The notes below the pieces were generated by a model. That model searched no databases. It saw only the letters and a program-made list of their open reading frames with translations, and was not told where the DNA came from. Shown piece after piece: positions 56,060-64,000 of a stretch of 64,000 nt of DNA. The translations under genes and the position numbers were made by a program. The DNA comes from Eledone cirrhosa (Eukaryota). Within the stretch, counting starts at the first letter, position 1, and each line of letters starts with the position of its first letter. Where the stretch lies: positions 213,094,001-213,158,000 of the forward strand of contig OZ024741.1 of the NCBI GenBank assembly GCA_964016885.1, in the 5' to 3' direction.

Positions 56060-59000
56060 TTGGTGTGAGAAATGTACTGCTCAGTGGTAGTGGTGGTGTT
56101 TGAGATGTATTACTCAGTGGTGGGGGTGTTAGAGATGTAGTGGTCAGTGGTGGTGGTGGTGTTAGAGGTGTATTGCTCACTGGTGGGGGTGTTAGACATG
56201 TACTGGTCAGTGGTTCTGGTGGTGTATAAATTGTAGTGGCCAGTTGTTGTGGTGGTGTTAGATATGTAGTGGTCAATGGTAAAGATGGTGTTAGAGATGT
56301 AGTGGTCAGTTGTGGAGGTGGTGTTAGAGATGTAGTGGTCAATGGTAGTGGTAGTGTTAGAGATGTAGTGGTCAATGGTAAAGGTGGTGTTTGAGATGTA
56401 GTGGTCAGTGGTAGTGATGGTGTTAGAGATGTAGTGGTCAGAGGTAGTGGTGGTGTTAGAGATGTAGTGGTCAGTGGTAGTGGTAGTTTTAGAGATGTAG
56501 TGGTCAGAGGTAGTGGTGGTGTTAGAGATGTAGTGGTCAGTGGTAGTGGTGGTGTTAGAGATGTAGTCGTCAGTGGTAGTAGTGGTGTTAGAGATGTAGT
56601 GGTCAGAGGTAGTGGTGGTGTTAGAGATGTAGTGGTCAGTGGTAGTGGTGGTGTTAGAGATGTAGTCGTCAGTGGTAGTAGTGGTGTTAGAGATGTAGTG
56701 GTCAGAGGTAGTGGTGGTGTTAGAGATGTAGTGGTCAATGGTAGTGGTGGTGTTAGAGATGTAGTGGTCAGTGGTAGTGGTGGTGTTAGAGATGTAGTGG
56801 TCAGTTGTAGTGGTGTTAGAGATGTAGTGGTCAGAGGTAGCGGTGGTGTTAGAGATGTATTGGTCAGAGGTAGTGGTGGTGTTAGAGATGTAGTGGTCAG
56901 AGGTAGTGGTGGTGTTAGATATGTAGTTGTCAATTGTAGTGGTGGTGTTAGAGAGTTAGTGGTCGATGGTAGTGGTGGTGTTAGAGATCTAGTGGTCAGT
57001 TGTGGTAGTGGTGTTAGAGATGTAGTGGTCAATGGTAAAGGTGGTGTTTGAGATATAGTGGTCAGTGGTAGTGATGGTGTTAGAGATGTAGTGGTCAGAG
57101 GTAGTGGTGGTGTTAAAGATGTAGTGGTCAGTGGTAGTGGTGGTGTTAGAGATGTAGTCGTCAGTGGTAGTAGTGGTGTTAGAGATGTAGTGGTCAGAGG
57201 TAGTGGTGGTGTTAGATATGTAGTGGTCAGAGGTAGTGGTGGTGTTAGAGATGTAGTGGTCAGAAGTAGTGGTGGTGTTAGAGATGTAGTGGTCAGCGGT
57301 AGTGGTGGTGTTAGAGATGTAGTGGTCAGCGGTAGTGGTGGTGTTAGAGATGTAGTCGTCAGTGGTAGTGGTGGTGTTAGAGATGTAGTGGTCAGAAGTA
57401 GTGGTGGTGTTAGAGATGTAGTCGTCAGTGGTAGTAGTGGTGTTAGAGATGTAGTGGTGTTAGAGATGTAGTGGTCAGAGGTAGGGGTGGTGTTAGAGAT
57501 GTAGTCGTCAGTGGTAGTAGTGGTGTTAGAGATGTAGTGGTCAGAGGTAGTGGTGGTGTTAGAGATGTAGTGGTCAGAGGTAGTGGTGGTGTTAGAGATG
57601 TAGTGGTCAGTGGTAGTGGTGGTGTTAGAGATGTAGTGGTCAGTGGTAGTGGTGGTGTTAGAGATGTAGTGGTCAGTTGTGGTGGTGTTAGAGATGTAGT
57701 GGTCAGTGGTAATGATGGTGTTAGAGATGTAGTGGTCAGTGGTAGTGGTGGTGTTAGAGATGTAGTGGTCAGTGGTAGTGGTGGTTTTAGAGATGTAGTG
57801 GTCAGAGGTAGTGGTGGTGTTAGAGATGTAGTGGTCAGTGGTAGTGGTGGTCTTAGAGATGTAGTGGTCAGTGGTAGTGGTGGTGTTAGAGATGTAGTGG
57901 TCAATGGTAGTGGTGGTTTTAGAGATGTAGTGGTCAGTTGTGGTGGTGTTAGAGATGTAGTGGTCAGAGGTAGCGGTGGTGTTAGAGATGTATTGGTCAG
58001 AGGTAGTGGTGGTGTTAGAGATGTAGTGGTCAGAGGTAGTGGTGGTGTTAGATATGTAGTTGTCAATTGTAGTGGTGGTGTTAGAGATGTAGTGGTCAAT
58101 GGTAGTTCTGGTGATAGAGATGTAGTGGTCAATGGTAGTGGTGGTGTTAGAGATGTAGTGGTCAGTTGTGGTGGTGTTAGAGATGTAGTGGTCAGAGGTA
58201 GTGGTGGTGTTAGAGATGTAGTGGTCAGAGGTAGAGGTGGTGTTAGATATGTAGTGCTCAATGGTAGTGGTGGTGTTAGAGATGTAGTGGTCAGTGGTAG
58301 TGGTGGTGTTAGAGATGTAGTGGTCAGTGGTAGTAGTGGTGTTAGAGATGTAGTGGTCAGTGGTAGTGGTGGTGTTAGAGATGTAGTGGTCAGTGGTAGT
58401 GGTGGTGTTAGAGATGTAGTGGTCAGTGGTAGTGATGGTGTTAGAGATGTAGTGGTCAGTTGTGGTGGTGTTAGAGATGTAGTGGTCAGTGGTAGTGATG
58501 ATGTTAGACATGTAGTGGTCAGTGGTAGTGGTGGTGTTAGAGATGTAGTGGTCAGTGGTAGTGGTGGTGTTAGAGATGTAGTGGTCAGAGGTAGTGGTGG
58601 TGTTAGAGATGTAGTGGTCAGTGGTAGTGGTGGTGTTAGAGATGTAGTGGTCAGTGGTAGTAGTGGTGTTAGAGATGTAGTGGTCAGAGGTAGTGGTGGT
58701 GTTAGAGATGTAGTGGTCAGTGGTAGTGGTGGTGTTAGAGATGTAGTGGTCAGTGGTAGTGATGGTGTTAGAGATGTAGTGGTCAGTTGTGGTGGTGTTA
58801 GAGATGTAGTGGTCAGTGGTAGTGATGATGTTAGAGATGTAGTGGTCAGTGGTAGTGGTGGTGTTAGAGATGTAGTGGTCAGTGGTAGTGGTGGTGTTAG
58901 AGATGTAGTGGTCAGTGGTAGTGGTGGTTTTAGAGATGTAGTGGTCAGAGGTAGTGGTGGTGTTAGAGATGTAGTGGTCAGTGGTAGTGGTGGTGTTAGA

Positions 59001-61250
59001 GATGTAGTGGTCAGAGGTAGTGGTGGTGTTACAGATGTAGTCGTCAGTGGTAGTAGTGGTGTTAGAGATGTAGTTTCTCACTGGTAGTGATGGTGTTAGA
59101 GATGTAGTGGTCAGTGGTAGTGGTGGTTTTAGAGATGTAGTAGTCAATGGTAGTGGTGGTGTTAGAGATGTAGTCGTCAGTGGTAGTGGTGGTGTTTGAG
59201 ATGTATTGGTCAGTTGTGATGGTGGTGTTTGAGATGTAGTGGTCAGTGGTAGTGGTGGTGTTAGAGATGTAATGGTCAGTGGTAGTGGTGGTGTTAGAGA
59301 TGTAGTGGTCAGTGGTAGTGGTGGTGTTAGAGATGTAGTTGTCAGTGGTAGTGGTGGTGTTAGAGATGTAGTGTTCAATGGTAGTGGTGGTGTTAGAGAT
59401 GTAGTGGTCAGTGGTCGTGGTGGTGTTAGAGATGTAGTGGTCAGTGGTAGTGGTGGTGTTAGAGATGTAGAGGTCAGTGGTAGTGGTGGTGTTAGAGATG
59501 TAGTGGTCAGTGGTCGTGGTGGTGTTAGAGATGTAGTGGTCAGTGGTAGTGGTGGTGTTAGAGATGTAGAGGTCAGTGGTAGTGGTGGTGCTAGATATGT
59601 AGTTGTCAACTGTAGTGGTGGTGTTGGAGAGTTAGTGGTAATTGGTAGTGGTGGTGTTAGAGATCTAGTGGTCAGTTGTGGTGGTGGTGTTAGAGATGTA
59701 GTGGTCAATGGTAGTGGTGGTGTTAGAGATGTATGGCTCACTGGTAGTGGTGGTGTTAGAGATGTAGTGGTCAGTGGTAGTGGTGGTGTTAGAGAGGTAG
59801 TGGTCAGTGGTAGTGGTGGTGTTAGAGATATAGTGGTCAGTGGTAGTGGTGGTGTTAGATATGTAGTGCTCAATGGTATTGGTGGTGTTAGAGATGTAGT
59901 GGCCAGTGGTAGTGGTGGTGTTAGAGATGTAGTGGTCAGTGGTAGTGGTGGTGTTAGATATGTAGTGGTCAGTGGTAGTGGTGGTTTTAGAGATGTAGTT
60001 GTCAATGGTAGTGGTGGTGTTAGATATGTAGTGGTCAGTGGTAGTGGTGGTGTTAGAGATGTAGTGGTCAATGGTAGTGGTGGTGTTAGAGATGTAGTGG
60101 TCAGTTGTAATGTTGGTGTTAGAGATGTAGTGGTCAGTGGTAGTGGTGGTGTTACAGGTGTAGTTGTCAGTGGTAGTGGTGGTGTTAGAGATGTAGTGGT
60201 CAGTGGTAGTGGTGGTGTTAGATATGTAGTGGTCAGTGGTAGTGGTGGTTTTAGAGATGTAGTTGTCAATGGTAGTGGTGGTGTTAGATATGTAGTGGTC
60301 AGTGGTAGTGGTGGTGTTAGAGATGTAGTGGTCAATGGTAGTAGTGGTGTTATATATGTAGTGGTCAGTGGTAGTGGTGGTGTTAGATATGTAGTGGTCA
60401 ATGGTAGTGGTGGTGTTAGATATGTAGTGCTCAGTGGCAGTGGTGGTGTTAGAGATGTAGTGGTCAGTGGTATTGATGGTGCTAGATATGTAGTGGTCAG
60501 TGGTAGTGGTGGTGTTAGAGATGTAGTGTTCAATGGTAGTGGTGGTGTTAGAGATGTAGTGGTCAGTGGTCGTGGTGGTGTTAGAGATGTAGTGGTCAGT
60601 GGTAGTGGTGGTGTTAGAGATGTAGAGGTCAGTGGTAGTGGTGGTGCTAGATATGTAGTTGTCAACTGTAGTGGTGGTGTTAGAGAGTTAGTTGTCAATG
60701 GTAGTGGTGGTGTTAGAGATCTAGTGGTCAGTTGTGGTGGTGGTGTTAGAGATGTAGTGGTCAATGGTAGTGGTGGTGTTAGAGATGTATTGCTCAATGG
60801 TAGTGGTGGTGTTAGAGATGTAGTGGTCAGTGGTAGTGGTGGTGTTAGAGATGTAGTGGTCAGTTGTAATGTTGGTGTTAGAGATGTAGTGGTCAGTGGT
60901 AGTGGTGGTGTTACAGGTGTAGTTGTCAGTGGTAGTGGTGGTGTTAGATATGTAGTGGTCAGTGGTAGTGGTGGTTTTAGAGATGTAGTTGTCAATGGTA
61001 GTGGTGGTGTTAGATATGTAGTGGTGGTGTTAGAGATGTAGTGGTCAATGGTAGTAGTGGTGTTAGATATGTAGTGGTCAGTGGTAGTGGTGGTGTTAGA
61101 TATGTAGTGGTCAATGGTAGTGGTGGTGTTAGATATGTAGTGCTCAGTGGCAGTGGTTGTGTTAGAGATGTAGTGGTCAGTGGTATTGATGGTGCTAGAT
61201 ATGTAGTGGTCAGTGGTAGTGGTGGTGTTTGGGATATACTGGTCAATAAT
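56060..61250. repeat. 5.2 kb minisatellite, 33-bp unit AGAGATGTAGTGGTCAGTGGTAGTGGTGGTGTT (roughly 155-160 copies)
   Basis: Seen directly; 30-bp variants and higher-order block duplications are present. Confidence 0.95.
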
Positions 61251-61739
61251 GGTGGTGGTAGTGGTAGCAGTGCTGGTGGTGGTGGTTGTAGTGGCGATGG
61301 TGGTGGTGGCGATGGTGGTGGTGGTGTTAGTGTTGGTGGTAGCGGTGTTGCAGTAATGCTGCTAGTGGTAGTAGTAATGGTGGGGGGGGGGCTGGTAGTG
61401 GTGGTTGTGCTGGTGGTAGCAGTGGTTGCAGCAGCGGTGGTGGTGTTGGTAGTAGTAATGGAAGAGGTGCTGGTAATGATGCTGGTGGTGGTGGTGCTGG
61501 TGGTGCTGGTGGTACTGGTGGTAGTGTTGGTGGTAGCTGTGGCTGCAGTTGTGCTGCTGGTGGAGGTGGTTGTGGTGGTCGTGGTAATGGAACGCCAATG
61601 CGATCAGTAATACAACCGTGGTAATGACAGCCAAACTGATTAAACCAGTGTTATCAGTTAACTAAGAGATACTGGAAAGGTGATACCAATAGAATGTAGC
61701 TGACCTTCTACTGACAGTTCGAGGGTCACAACGCCCCCC

Positions 61740-61980
61740 TCTGTCTCTCGCCCTCTCCACCTCTCACGCTGCCCTTCTCTCTCTCTCGCTTTCTCCTTCT
61801 CTCTCTCCTCTCTCTCTCCCTCGTTCTATCCCCTTCTTTCTCTCTCGCTCTCTCCTCCCTATCTCACTCTCTCTCTCTCTCCTTCTCTCTATCTCTCGCT
61901 TTCTCTCTCTCTTTCGTTCTCTCTCTCTCCTTCTCTCCTTCTCTCTCTATTTCTCACTCTCTCTCTCTATCCTCTCTATC

Positions 61981-62012
<32 letters not shown>

Positions 62013-62160
62013 GCTCCCGCTCTCTTTTCTCTCACTCTCTTACTGTCTCTCTCTCTCTCTTTCTCTCAATGCTACTCTTTTCAATCGCCCTCCACTTCTT
62101 CAAACATCTCATCACCCTCTCTATCTCGTCCTCCTCCTCCTTTTATTCTTCTTCTTCATA
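61740..62160. repeat. (CT)n polypyrimidine tract
   Basis: Seen directly in the sequence. Confidence 0.9.
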
Positions 62161-62760
62161 TCACCCCCCCCCACACACACACACACACTCACTCCTCGTG
62201 TCAGAAGGACAGTGTCAGGACGACACTTACAACAGTTGAAATATGGAATCTGATATCAAAGCAATGAATCGTGTTGACCTCTTACTGACAGGTCAAAGGT
62301 CAGAAGGTCCTTTCCTCCTCTCCTCCTCTCCCCTTTTCTTCTTCTTCTTCTTCTTCTTCTTCTTCTTGCTGACATGGAGAATGTGTCATGCTGACACTGT
62401 CCGTAGTTAAAACCTGGAAACCAAACGAGATCAAACCGAAATGATTTAATAAGGACATGTGTATGGTCATGTTTTCATTATTTCCAATAAAAACACCAAC
62501 ATTTTCCCTTCAGCTGTGTTATTAGTCTTTTCGTCAAAATTCTGTCGTCACGTATTCGATAACCTCCAAAATGATTATTTGTCTTGCTCGATGCCTCTTT
62601 TATCTGTTCTTATTTTGTTAACTCCGTCTTATGTAAAGTAGAATAAATATATCAAGTCGGTCATTATATTAAGTATCAAATGTCCGATCTCAAATTGAAA
62701 GTACAAAAGGGAGTCGGATATTTCATAGTTAAGGCCTAATAATTTAGTTTACCTTATATA

Positions 62761-63598
<838 letters not shown>

Positions 63599-63902
63599 TA
63601 TGTATATAGGTGGGGTGCAAATGAAGTGGGTCTTATGTTTTGGGTGTACGGTTCTCTCTCTGCGCCTATGTTTGTGTCTTTGTCTTTGGAATGTGTACGT
63701 GTGTCTTGTATGCTTTTGTATTTGTATATTTTTCTGCTTCTCTCTTCCTATTTTTTATTGATTCTTATTAGGGTGTAGGGTGGGAGTATACTATTCCATT
63801 CGTGTTTTCTCTTGAGTTTTGGTTTACTTTCTTCTATGTGTGTGGCCTCCGTAAATTTTATGAGCGTTGTGTCAGTTCTATGTGTGGCTGGGATCTTTAA
63901 TT

Positions 63903-64000
63903 GAATTGTTTCTACATTTGGCATAAGGCCAGCAATTATCCCAGTATATTACTGGTACTTTATTTTATCGACCCCGTAAGGATGAAAGGCAAAGTTAACC
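63903..64000 (-). mobile_element. OK-like SINE, truncated by the window edge
   Basis: 3' part and central domain in reverse orientation. Confidence 0.85.

Noticed and set aside
56060-61250. CRISPR-like array or telomeric repeat
   Set aside because: The units are contiguous with no unique spacers and no cas genes, the context is eukaryotic, and the unit is not TTAGGG.

Overview
Eukaryotic, repeat-saturated DNA. It is probably from an octopod cephalopod, inferred from tRNA-derived SINEs that resemble the Octopus OK and OR families and from the extreme (TA)n/(CA)n load. Almost all long ORFs in the track are artefacts of micro- and minisatellites. The real coding signal is six decayed Penelope-like retroelement (PLE) ORF remnants, four of them Naiad-like, plus RTE LINE fragments, Helitron helicase fragments, an internally deleted mariner, and one plausible terminal exon of a host membrane or GPI-anchored protein on the minus strand (30933-31120) that the ORF track misses. 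The most notable signal is a dense set of type I hammerhead ribozymes (HHRs) in at least seven unrelated sequence contexts. They sit in PLE pseudo-LTRs and in short non-coding fold-back or tandem modules inserted in (TA)n tracts. One module is a retrozyme-like 591-nt unit bounded by two HHRs with a compensatory U3-A8 core. All structures were folded and aligned by eye; no database searches were run.
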